Below are positions 41,323-50,710 of a stretch of 64,000 nucleotides of DNA, piece after piece; positions within the stretch are counted from its first letter, which is position 1, and the number at the start of each line of letters is the position of its first letter. This DNA is from Candidatus Helarchaeota archaeon. GTDB lineage: Archaea; Asgardarchaeota; Lokiarchaeia; Helarchaeales; RDOG01. The notes below the pieces were generated by a model. It was given only the letters and a program-made list of their open reading frames with translations, was not told where the DNA came from and made no database searches. A program made the translations under genes and the position numbers. The stretch is from positions 1,261,910 through 1,325,909 of the forward strand of contig JAHPZH010000002.1 in NCBI GenBank assembly GCA_019058315.1, written 5' to 3'.

Positions 41323-41877
41323 TTATTTTATAATCTCATTTATAATTTCATTTATTGCAGTTTTATACTCATCTTTTTTCAAATTCGCAAGACTGTATGT
41401 TGCGGTAGGAAAATAAAATCGATCTAGACTAATTGTTTTTAGGTGTTTATAGGCATAATTCTTGAGAGCATTCAAAAGTGTTACTTGTAAATTATAAATA
41501 ATGCAACAATATACTGCAAAATCATATTGTCCTTTACCATCGATTCCTTTCCAGTCAGGATCAGCCAATCTATTTGTAATATTATTAGAATCGGTAATCC
41601 AAGATGGTTTAAATCCCTTTTCTATGAAATATTTCGAAGAATGAGCAGTTGCTACAATTGGAATTCCTTTTTTCCCTACTTCGATGATTAAATCGATCAT
41701 CTGTTTTCCATTACCTACGTCATTTAATAATCCTTCAACACCAATTACAAAAATAGGTCGTTTCGCTTTTGCTATCATTTTACCTAAAGCTATAGGCTTT
41801 GCCATAGGTGTTCCAGCAGTTGGTCCAACTACAGCATTTGGTTGCCAAGGTTTTACTTTATACATTTCATTATACAC
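41323..41877 (-). CDS. cdhB: ACDS epsilon subunit
   Basis: KAKRP, DPDWKGIDGKGQYD; between cdhA and cdhC. Confidence 0.9.
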   Translation of the reverse strand: MYNEMYKVKPWQPNAVVGPTAGTPMAKPIALGKMIAKAKRPIFVIGVEGLLNDVGNGKQMIDLIIEVGKKGIPIVATAHSSKYFIEKGFKPSWITDSNNITNRLADPDWKGIDGKGQYDFAVYCCIIYNLQVTLLNALKNYAYKHLKTISLDRFYFPTATYSLANLKKDEYKTAINEIINEIIK

Positions 41878-41881
41878 CTCA

Positions 41882-44275
41882 TTATGCTTTCTTTTTTCTA
41901 ATTAATCGTTTTAAAGTGGTTGTATTTGTGCATATATAAGTTGGTTTCCAGTTGTGTTCTTTTAAATGCGCCATAACTTCATCTTTTATCGTCAATGGAA
42001 TATCAGCTTCTTCTCGAATATATAGATACACATCATCAGGAAAAGCTCCAAAGTATTTTTTATGAAGATCTATGTAATGTGTCAATTTAACTTGCCTACC
42101 TTTGAAATTATCACTTGAACGGATGCATAATTTAGCAGCCATTACTATACATTCTTCAACTGATTCTGCAGAATAGAGTAAATGTTCTGGACACGGACCA
42201 CCATTAATTTTCTCTCCTGTATTAGCATCATAAACTTCCCATTTTTCTGGTTTATCCGTTCTACCTAAGAGTTGACGTCGATATTTAATACCATGTGAAC
42301 CTAATATAACAGGAATTCCATAAGCATTGCAACCAGTACCAATAGAAGCTGCTTTTTGACTATAAGCACCCCATGCAATACCACAAGCACCAATTCTATT
42401 TAAACAATAATCTGCAATTTCTTCGAAATTTCCTCGGATTGGTCTTCGAGCAAATATATTTGCTACTTTTACACAAGTTCCACTGATATGAGCATTCGAA
42501 ACACAAGATCCGGTATTTACCAAACCTCCTGCATCAAACTCTCCAGGATATTTCTCATAGAGTGTAACTTTATTTCCTTCATCATCTTCTGTCAAATATC
42601 TACCAATATCCATAGCCCCGCAACCACTTACAACAACAATATAACGTCGTTTCAAAAATTCTTCAGCAATCATTGCAACATCTTTAGTTCCCTTCGAATA
42701 ATTGGAACAACCTACTATTGCAATAACTCCTGGAATCTCGCCAAGAACAATCGGTGCACCTACGTTTCGTATTTCAGTGTCACGTATTGGTCCTCGACCT
42801 ACACGACATAAATATTTCTCATTTCTTATTTTTTCATTTGCTACATGTATCATTAATGAATGGATTGGAATTTCTTGAGGGCATGCTTCTTCACAACGAG
42901 TACAACCTACACACCAATCGTAAACATCATTAAGTAGACTGGGATCACCCGCTTTTAATGCTTGCATGGCATCAAAAACCTCCAGATTATTACCACATGC
43001 TGATTGACAAGTCCCACAACCTGTGCAACTTTGAGCAATCTGTACAGCTTCTTCAAGTGTTACAGGAATAATAGATTTTTTCTTTCCCGTTTTTGGATCT
43101 TTTCGTTTTTCAAACATTTTTTGTGCTACTTTAACAGAAACTCTACCTGCTTTTACAGGATCCAAGATAAGTGCTGCATCTTGTTTATCAGATACTAGTA
43201 ATTCAACTATTTCATCTTCATCCATTTCAGTTTGATCAGGTAGACCATGAGTAGCTTTATCATTTGTGGCTATAACTTTTGTATTCACTTTTTTTGCTTC
43301 AAGAATTATATCTGCTCTAATGCATTGTTCATCAATTTGAATTACATCAGCAAGTCCCGAACGGACAATTCTAATCTGCCAAGAAATTGGACCAACAATT
43401 TTAGCACGTGCATCATAACGAACAATATCATGTGTTGTACAACAAATGCCTCCAACTTCTATATTATCAGCAAGATTTTCTTCATGAAGGTAGTTCATAA
43501 CCTCAATACCTGGTGATACATTATGTCCAATAAGTAAAATTACTGGTTTATTTTCATCAATAGTTCCCAAGCCAGATTCTACGAGAGGTGTGTCAATTTC
43601 ACCTTTCGGAAAATTCCAAGCACAAACTTGGGAAATATCACCCACTTCCATCCCAACGTGGTCAACAATTCCAATATGGAATGCTTTAGCCTCAAAATCT
43701 ATTTCAGAACCTTCTTGACCTGTATGAGCTGCTGCAACTCCATGGAGAACTTGATTCTCACACCATTCCAATGCAATTTCTAAGTCTTTCAGCGTTTTAG
43801 GGCGATAACCACAGATCATTCGAGTATTAGGTGCTTCAACTGCAATATCTTGACCAAGATCTAAGGGTAAATTCGGACCATAATCTTCAATCAAATGATG
43901 AACTAAATGCCTTGAATGTGCTGCGTGGCAGCTAGCTCCAATAAGACAAGCTAATAGTACAATCCTGCTTTGTTGCGCAGATAGACTCAAACCACATGCA
44001 CCTCTCTTTCCCTCACTCATATCACATTTACCAAATGTACATAAACAGCACATATCACAAAGTGGAGCATACAAAGGAGGATATCGCCAATTTAAATAAT
44101 TATACCAATTACGGAGTTGTGTCTGGTTTGGCATGGGTGTAGGACCCATCGGTTCTTCTTCCCATTCTTCAGAAGGTAATCGTCCAATTTGAACCTCTAG
44201 ACCTTTTGCAGAAACTCTTTCAGATTTCAATTCATCAATTTTCATTCTTAATGAATCTTTTGCCATTTTATTCAC
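41882..44275 (-). CDS. cdhA: ACDS alpha subunit (Ni-CODH with two extra 4Fe-4S sites)
   Basis: CDMCCLCTFGKC, GICCT, CTGCGTC..AC, CVGCTRCEEACP, GSCVSNAH. Confidence 0.96.
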   Translation of the reverse strand: MNKMAKDSLRMKIDELKSERVSAKGLEVQIGRLPSEEWEEEPMGPTPMPNQTQLRNWYNYLNWRYPPLYAPLCDMCCLCTFGKCDMSEGKRGACGLSLSAQQSRIVLLACLIGASCHAAHSRHLVHHLIEDYGPNLPLDLGQDIAVEAPNTRMICGYRPKTLKDLEIALEWCENQVLHGVAAAHTGQEGSEIDFEAKAFHIGIVDHVGMEVGDISQVCAWNFPKGEIDTPLVESGLGTIDENKPVILLIGHNVSPGIEVMNYLHEENLADNIEVGGICCTTHDIVRYDARAKIVGPISWQIRIVRSGLADVIQIDEQCIRADIILEAKKVNTKVIATNDKATHGLPDQTEMDEDEIVELLVSDKQDAALILDPVKAGRVSVKVAQKMFEKRKDPKTGKKKSIIPVTLEEAVQIAQSCTGCGTCQSACGNNLEVFDAMQALKAGDPSLLNDVYDWCVGCTRCEEACPQEIPIHSLMIHVANEKIRNEKYLCRVGRGPIRDTEIRNVGAPIVLGEIPGVIAIVGCSNYSKGTKDVAMIAEEFLKRRYIVVVSGCGAMDIGRYLTEDDEGNKVTLYEKYPGEFDAGGLVNTGSCVSNAHISGTCVKVANIFARRPIRGNFEEIADYCLNRIGACGIAWGAYSQKAASIGTGCNAYGIPVILGSHGIKYRRQLLGRTDKPEKWEVYDANTGEKINGGPCPEHLLYSAESVEECIVMAAKLCIRSSDNFKGRQVKLTHYIDLHKKYFGAFPDDVYLYIREEADIPLTIKDEVMAHLKEHNWKPTYICTNTTTLKRLIRKKKA

Positions 44276-44469
44276 TTTCTTTTAATTTTATAATTGCTTA
44301 AATTTCAACTCCTTCTATTTTCAAATTGAAACTTTATTTTTTTTTATATGATATTTAAGAAACGATAAGACAGAGTCTTAAAAAATTTAATTCATCAATA
44401 TTAAAAGTCAAAAAGGAAAAATTTAGAACATAAAATGAATCATACTTTGAAAAAATTTTTAAAATTTTA

Positions 44470-46359
44470 TTATTTTTGCTTTTCTAGATTTAATATTTGA
44501 AATGGAAATTTAAAAATAAGAGCCATTATAAAATTTCTTCCTTCTATTATTCGTTCATTCTTCGTTTTAGAAAGCCATTTAAATCTAAAATAGATCGAAA
44601 CTATGGAAATAGTAAGAATTGTAATGGTTACTATCCACAAACCAGTATAAACTTCTTCAGTTGTAGTAATTGGAGCAACCCAAACAAATATAATCTGACT
44701 TTCACTTTCTCCTCTACTATTATATAACGTTAATTCTATAATGGATAGTCCTGATGCATCTTTAATAGGAAAAATCATTAATTCATCAGTATTTTTTGAT
44801 AAAATTGGTATGCATGTATGAAAGATTCCAGAAAAACTCCAAGTTAGTTGACTATTATTATCAATTTTATCATATTCATATTTAGAAAGGTCAATTTTTT
44901 CTGGAATTCCATTTTCTATTAAATTAACGTGTGGAATTCGACCATTAACTATTTTTGGTTTAATATTATTACCAATATGTATTTTAATACTATCTTCTAC
45001 ATGATGATTTACTCGAACTCTTAAATAATAAGAACCGTTAGCAATATTTGTTGTATTTAGAGTCCCATTCCAAACATATGGAATTTTGGAAGTTTGGTTC
45101 ATGGGTTGCCAGTCACTTTTCCAATCCTCAATATAATTTGGGAAGATATTATCCCATTTTATATTATATATTTGAAATTCTGCAAGGTAGTCTGCAAGAG
45201 CTATTTTCGTAAAATCCCATGCATTTGTCCATGTTATATTATATAACTGAAATTCTACAGAACCTATGGTTGATTCATTAAATATTAAAGCTCGAACTGG
45301 AACTGAAGACTGTTCTAGATCGTATGTTCTGGTAGTTAATGATTCGTCAAGAGGAGAAGTTATAATAACAGCAGGCCAATCTCCAAGAGTTTTAGAGGAT
45401 ATAGATACACCATCGTTATCGACAGCAATAATCCTATATTTACCAGGGTATGATGTTCCTAGAGAATCAGTGCAAAGGTATAATGTGTCATTATATGTAT
45501 AATGCTCATCTCTATGTTTATGCCCATAAATATGAGCTGTGACGTTATATTCATAAATAAGGTCATTAAAGGTTTTTCCACTGGTAGCATGGTTATTACC
45601 TACTCCATAAAATGGATGATGCGAGAAAACAAATGTTAAATTTGAATTTTGTGTCTGATTAAGTGTTTTTTCAAACCAATCCAACTCAGATTTATTCAGA
45701 TCACCATTTGTACCTTCTGGCCAAATATATCCTTCATCTGCTGAATTCAAAGCAATAAAGGAATAATTTCCATAGGTTTTATTTACAGTCCAATTAAACT
45801 GTGTTTTTCCATGAGCTCGTCCCTGTACTGAATAATCTTTGTAAAAGGAAAAAGTTGGATCTCCATAGATATCATGATTCCCGAGTAAATCGTAATAAAA
45901 AGATTCATTCATACCCCATTTATCTAGAATTTGTTTATACATCTCCCATTGAGTAAAATCTTGATAAAAAGGAATTAAGGTCATCCCATCTACTAAATCT
46001 CCTGTATTTACGATAAATTCTGGACGGATATATTTAAATTCATTGAAAAATCCCTCGAAAAATATGTAAGAATAACCCCATAATTCAGGAGGATCTGATA
46101 TTGAACCAGAACCCAAGTGTGTATCAGTTATTTGGACAAACCAAAAAATTTGGCTATTATTATCTGTTTGACTTGGATAATCTCCATGGGCGTAAGATCC
46201 AATAAATTCTGTAGTTTTTGTAAATTGAGTAAAAAGTAATCGTGGAAGATAATACTCCAAGGGATCATCATTTTTATAAGGATTGAAAATTAAGGAAAAA
46301 GGAATAATAGATAAAATTGCTAGAAGGGAAAGGATTTTCAAAGCAGTTTTTCGCTTCAC
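44470..46359 (-). CDS. Membrane-anchored calcineurin-like metallophosphoesterase (TMEM62-like)
   Basis: Signal peptide; DTH, GDLVD, GNHD, HH, GHKH; Ig-like region; C-terminal TM. Confidence 0.85.
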   Translation of the reverse strand: MKRKTALKILSLLAILSIIPFSLIFNPYKNDDPLEYYLPRLLFTQFTKTTEFIGSYAHGDYPSQTDNNSQIFWFVQITDTHLGSGSISDPPELWGYSYIFFEGFFNEFKYIRPEFIVNTGDLVDGMTLIPFYQDFTQWEMYKQILDKWGMNESFYYDLLGNHDIYGDPTFSFYKDYSVQGRAHGKTQFNWTVNKTYGNYSFIALNSADEGYIWPEGTNGDLNKSELDWFEKTLNQTQNSNLTFVFSHHPFYGVGNNHATSGKTFNDLIYEYNVTAHIYGHKHRDEHYTYNDTLYLCTDSLGTSYPGKYRIIAVDNDGVSISSKTLGDWPAVIITSPLDESLTTRTYDLEQSSVPVRALIFNESTIGSVEFQLYNITWTNAWDFTKIALADYLAEFQIYNIKWDNIFPNYIEDWKSDWQPMNQTSKIPYVWNGTLNTTNIANGSYYLRVRVNHHVEDSIKIHIGNNIKPKIVNGRIPHVNLIENGIPEKIDLSKYEYDKIDNNSQLTWSFSGIFHTCIPILSKNTDELMIFPIKDASGLSIIELTLYNSRGESESQIIFVWVAPITTTEEVYTGLWIVTITILTISIVSIYFRFKWLSKTKNERIIEGRNFIMALIFKFPFQILNLEKQK

Positions 46360-47006
46360 TTTATCCTCAACCTCCTTAATATTGAAGAAATTTTTAACCT
46401 TCTCAAGATAGATTTAATTAAATTTGGTTCCGGAACATTATTAAGAATTACCAATTCTTTTATGCCTAATTTTAAGATTCTAGCACTAACTAAACGAAGA
46501 ACTTCCACCATAACCCAAAAATACAACGTATTATAAAATATAGATTTGTCAAAATCGCCCAAAACTTCGATAGAGGGTGCCAATTTTATACTGATTGCTG
46601 GAAATAAGTAAACGGGTGGAATAAATTGTAAAAGTAGTAACAATGCATAGATCATTACGAATGCAGATAATATTCCACCTATAATATTCCAATCAAAATA
46701 AGTTTCTAGGTTTTTTCTCATTTTAGAAATTTTCCAACCACTAATCAGAAATGTGAAGCTAATTCGTAACATTAAATAACACATTAGACCCCAGATAAAA
46801 TAGCTACCAATATAACGTGGGTAATCATAAACAAAAGTCAATTCAAGAATATTAAAAGAATAATAAAAAATTGGTAAACTTGGTCTAGTTGTTTTATAGA
46901 GAGTGGGAGCTAAAAAAGTACAAGTAAGAAGTAAAAAGGCTATACCTAATATCTTATAAATTTCAGCTATAATCTCATTTCTTGTTAATATACCCATATT
47001 ATTCAC
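46356..47006 (-). CDS. 4-TM membrane protein (two hairpin repeats)
   Basis: Hydrophobic segments; 4-bp overlap with the next gene. Confidence 0.7.
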   Translation of the reverse strand: MNNMGILTRNEIIAEIYKILGIAFLLLTCTFLAPTLYKTTRPSLPIFYYSFNILELTFVYDYPRYIGSYFIWGLMCYLMLRISFTFLISGWKISKMRKNLETYFDWNIIGGILSAFVMIYALLLLLQFIPPVYLFPAISIKLAPSIEVLGDFDKSIFYNTLYFWVMVEVLRLVSARILKLGIKELVILNNVPEPNLIKSILRRLKISSILRRLRIK

Positions 47007-47009
47007 AAA

Positions 47010-47294
47010 TTAAGCCGTTTTACCTTCCTTAGGCTCTTCAGTCTCCAATAAATTATCGGTATGAAGGATTACTTTCTCACCAATAAATACCATAAGCCGT
47101 AAAAATAAGTACCAAAATGCCAGATTGTAAATAGGGCTAAAATCGATTATAGCACCAGCGGGTGGGAGGCTAGGAGGGAATGGAAAACTTAATACATTGA
47201 ATCCTAATAAGAAAAGTAATACGAGTACGAAAACAAACATTATAATTCCAAAGCCGAACCATTTGAAAATTTTCCTCTTTTGGTTAAGGTTCAA
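47010..47294 (-). CDS. 2-TM membrane protein
   Basis: Two TM with a Pro-rich loop; GGAGGT RBS; 3 bp from the next ORF. Confidence 0.7.
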   Translation of the reverse strand: MNLNQKRKIFKWFGFGIIMFVFVLVLLFLLGFNVLSFPFPPSLPPAGAIIDFSPIYNLAFWYLFLRLMVFIGEKVILHTDNLLETEEPKEGKTA

Positions 47295-47404
47295 AAAATT
47301 CTACCTCCATTGTCAAAAAAAGTTTTTTATTAAATTTGGAGTAATAGGATAATAGAATTAACTATTTTCTTTTTAAGATATTTATCTTACGAAAGTGATT
47401 AGAT

Positions 47405-48283
47405 TTGGAAATAAATGACCCACTAGTTACAAAATTAAGGTTAGATGTTTTAGTGGAGAATTCTTCTTATAAAGCAAAATTTTTGGCAGAACATGGATTA
47501 TCAATATTAGTTCAAGCAGAAACAGAAGATAATAAAAAGTTTTTACTACTTTTTGATTCAGGAACTACTGGAATTCCACTTATAAATAATTTGAAGTTAT
47601 TAAAAATAGAAAATTTAATTCCCAAGCTAGATGGAATTATTTTGAGTCATGGTCATTATGATCATACTGGAGGATTAATGGAAGTCTTTAAATTATTAAA
47701 TAAAAAAATTCCATTATATCTTCATCCTGATGCTTTAAACCATAAATACTCTAAAAATGATGGAAAACTAAGAAATATCGGGATGCCTGCCCCTATTCTA
47801 GAAAAATTAAAAGATTATGTAGATCTACAAATTAGTAAGGAATTATGTTTAATTCATCCCTCTATAATAACTACTGGTCAAATAGATAGAACAACATTTG
47901 AGAAAGTTCCTGAACGATTTCAACAAAAAGTTGGAGAAAAATTAGTACATGATGATATTTTAGATGACCAAGCATTAATTCTAAAATTAAAAACTGGTAT
48001 TGTAATAATTTGTGGGTGTGGTCATTCTGGTATCATAAATATAATCAAACATGCCATTAAAATAACAAGTTCTAGTAAAATTAATTTAATTATTGGTGGA
48101 TTCCATTTGATTGATGCAAAATTTGATAAACTTAACCAAACAATAAATGAAATAAAAAAATTTGATATTGATTTGGTGGCTCCCAACCATTGTACTGGTC
48201 TTTATCCGACTACTTTATTAGTTAACGAATATTTGGGATCCTTCCGAGAAATGCATGTGGGAGATAATATAGTTTTTGAATAA
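47405..48283 (+). CDS. MBL-fold hydrolase, COG1237-like
   Basis: AEHGLS, FDSG, SHGHYDHTGG, DDQAL, GCGHSG, GGFHL, HCTG. Confidence 0.88.
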   Translation: MEINDPLVTKLRLDVLVENSSYKAKFLAEHGLSILVQAETEDNKKFLLLFDSGTTGIPLINNLKLLKIENLIPKLDGIILSHGHYDHTGGLMEVFKLLNKKIPLYLHPDALNHKYSKNDGKLRNIGMPAPILEKLKDYVDLQISKELCLIHPSIITTGQIDRTTFEKVPERFQQKVGEKLVHDDILDDQALILKLKTGIVIICGCGHSGIINIIKHAIKITSSSKINLIIGGFHLIDAKFDKLNQTINEIKKFDIDLVAPNHCTGLYPTTLLVNEYLGSFREMHVGDNIVFE

Positions 48284-48437
48284 AAATATTAGTTTAAATT
48301 ATACCAAATTTTCTAGATAATCTTCAAATAAATAAATAGTTATTCGTTATTTCCAGTATTATCTTGTAAGTTTACCTGATAATAAAGAACTATTATCTTA
48401 TCAAAAAAAAAGGTTTTAAATTAAGAAATCTATGATT

Positions 48438-50402
48438 TTATTTCTTAATTGATTTTTTAGTAATCGGTGTTTCACTGATTTTTTTATCCAACTCTTTAAA
48501 TGTTTTATTATTATTAATTCCAATTACTAACAATATTAGAAACAATGCCCCAAAACCAGCAATAATTCCTAGACCCAATGGCGAGAGCAAGAAGCTAGCT
48601 ACATCTCCTCCACCTTGACCTCCTGATATAAATATTGGCGATTCCTCGGAGGGCGATTCAGGTGTCTCTGTTGTGTTTATGATTGTTACAATAACTGAAT
48701 CTGAAATACCATATTGATTCTGACTATCATAATATTCAATTGTATAATTATAGGTTCCAAATACACCACGATAAATTGGTACAATTAATATGTTACTTTT
48801 ATTCCAACCAGTCCAATCTACCCATATGCCACCATCTAACCAGACACGGTATTTTCCTCCATCCCAATCATCATAAAGTGCCCAAGCAATTGTTTCTGAA
48901 CCGTCCATAGTTGTACTAATATCATCAGGATGGTTTGAGGTTGGTATTGCATCTGTAATTATTTTCTGTGCATAAATATCATAATTGTTGCCACTTCTAT
49001 AATCTGACCATGTGATAATCGCGCCGCCCGCACCATCACTACAAATTTGGGGACTATCTTGATTTTCGCTTACCGTGCAAATTGCTTTTCCATCCGCTGT
49101 CCACTGAAGACTTCCTGATGAATTGATTTTTTGGGTATATATATCAATATTAGTTGGAGCTCTATAATCTTTCCATGTGATAATCGCACCACCCGCACCA
49201 TCGCTGCAAATCTGAGGACTTCCTTGAATATTGTATGCCGTGCAAATTGCAGTTCCGTTAGTTGTCCATTGAATACTTCCATTAGTAAGTATTTTTTGGG
49301 CATATATATCACAATCAGCTGCAGGTCTATAATCATTCCATGTGATAATCGCACCACCTGCACCATCACTACAAATCTGGGGTGTTTGTTGCCAATCGAT
49401 TTCCGTACAAATTGCAGTTCCATTAGGCACCCATTGAATGTTTCCTATGGAGCTTATACGTTGGGCATATATATCGAAAGTCGGTCCAGTTTCCATATCC
49501 TGCCATGTGATGATAGCACCGCCCGCACCATCGCTACAAATCTGGGGATTATTTTGTTCGAGACTTGCCGTGCTAATTATCTCTCCATTAGTCGTCCATT
49601 GAATACTTCCATTAGTAAGTATTTTTTGGGCGAAGATGTCCATATCTCCAAATCTGGTATCCACCCACGTGATAATCGCACCGCCTGCACCATCGCTGCA
49701 AATCTGGGGATTTGATGCAGTTATCGAACAAATAAGCTTTCCATCAGCTGTCCATTGAACGCCTCCTGATGAAAGGATTTTTTGGGCGTATATACCACCT
49801 GCACTTCTGCTATCATCCCACGTAATAATCGCACCGCCTGCACCATCGCTGCAAATCTGGGGATCTGTTTGGGTGTTACCTTGCGTGCAAATTGCCGTTC
49901 CATTCGCCGTCCATTGAATATTTCCTGATGAATCGATTTTTTGGGTATATATATCCTCATTACTTCCAGTTCTATAATCACGCCACGTAATAATCGCACC
50001 GCCTGCACCATCGCTACAAATCTGGGCTAACTGTTGATCATCGCTTTCTGTACAAATTGCCACTCCATCTGCCGTCCATTGAACATTTCCTGTTGAATTG
50101 ATTTTCTGAGCGTAAATATCCCAATCACCATTCCTATAATCACGCCATGTGATAATCGCACCGCCTGCACCATCACTGCAAATCTGAGCTACTTGTTGGT
50201 TGGCACTTGCATTGCTAATTATCGTTCCTTCAACATCCCACATTATATATTCGTCATTAATAGAAAGTGTTGAGGATTTGTGATCAGCCAAAGGTGGAAG
50301 ATAATTTATTGTAGATAGAGATCCGACGAGAAAAATAGTTGAAATTACGAATATTTGTAATACAACGAGAAATATCAATTTTTTTTGGTACATTTTGATC
50401 AT
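48438..50402 (-). CDS. Cell-surface protein with 8 tandem repeats (predicted beta-propeller), Ig-like domain and C-terminal TM
   Basis: Signal peptide; 8x QICSDGAGGAIITW; S/T/P/E linker; TM anchor. Confidence 0.85.
   Translation of the reverse strand: MIKMYQKKLIFLVVLQIFVISTIFLVGSLSTINYLPPLADHKSSTLSINDEYIMWDVEGTIISNASANQQVAQICSDGAGGAIITWRDYRNGDWDIYAQKINSTGNVQWTADGVAICTESDDQQLAQICSDGAGGAIITWRDYRTGSNEDIYTQKIDSSGNIQWTANGTAICTQGNTQTDPQICSDGAGGAIITWDDSRSAGGIYAQKILSSGGVQWTADGKLICSITASNPQICSDGAGGAIITWVDTRFGDMDIFAQKILTNGSIQWTTNGEIISTASLEQNNPQICSDGAGGAIITWQDMETGPTFDIYAQRISSIGNIQWVPNGTAICTEIDWQQTPQICSDGAGGAIITWNDYRPAADCDIYAQKILTNGSIQWTTNGTAICTAYNIQGSPQICSDGAGGAIITWKDYRAPTNIDIYTQKINSSGSLQWTADGKAICTVSENQDSPQICSDGAGGAIITWSDYRSGNNYDIYAQKIITDAIPTSNHPDDISTTMDGSETIAWALYDDWDGGKYRVWLDGGIWVDWTGWNKSNILIVPIYRGVFGTYNYTIEYYDSQNQYGISDSVIVTIINTTETPESPSEESPIFISGGQGGGDVASFLLSPLGLGIIAGFGALFLILLVIGINNNKTFKELDKKISETPITKKSIKK
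48965..50230 (-). repeat. Intragenic tandem repeat, 8 units of about 153-165 bp
   Basis: Recurring core GT(G/A)ATAATCGCACCGCCTGCACCATC.CT.CAAAT. Confidence 0.9.
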
Positions 50403-50500
50403 TTCATTTAACTTAATTAATATTCAAAAAAATAATACTATCCCAATTATTAGTTTTTATATATGAAAGAATTTTAAAATCATTTATTTATCTTTAACTA

Positions 50501-50661
50501 TAAGGGAAATAACATAGTTATTTGAGATGAAATAAGGGATGTAATAGAGTTATTTGAGACGAAATAAGGGATATAATATAGTTATTTGAGACATAATAAT
50601 TTTAATAAAATTTTTACTATTTTCATAAAATAAGGGAAAGAATATAGTATTTGAGAAGAAA
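50501..50661. repeat. 32-bp imperfect tandem repeat x3 (50501-50596) plus a fourth copy at 50631
   Basis: Consensus TAAGGGAxxxAAxAxAGTTATTTGAGAxGAAA in a divergent intergenic region. Confidence 0.85.
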
Positions 50662-50710
50662 TAAAATATCTAACATTAAATCTAACATTAAATAGTTAAG
50701 GTAGGAAAAA

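Noticed and set aside
49070-50011. Alternative-frame ORFs 49070-49423, 49131-49715 and 49721-50011
   Set aside because: Shadows of the repetitive coding region
48965-50230. Regular DNA repeats resembling a CRISPR array or DGR
   Set aside because: The period is 153-165 bp in multiples of 3 inside an ORF, the intervening sequences are homologous to each other, and there is no cas or reverse transcriptase gene
50501-50661. Mini-CRISPR interpretation of the 32-bp repeats
   Set aside because: Three copies are contiguous without spacers and are imperfect; no cas genes
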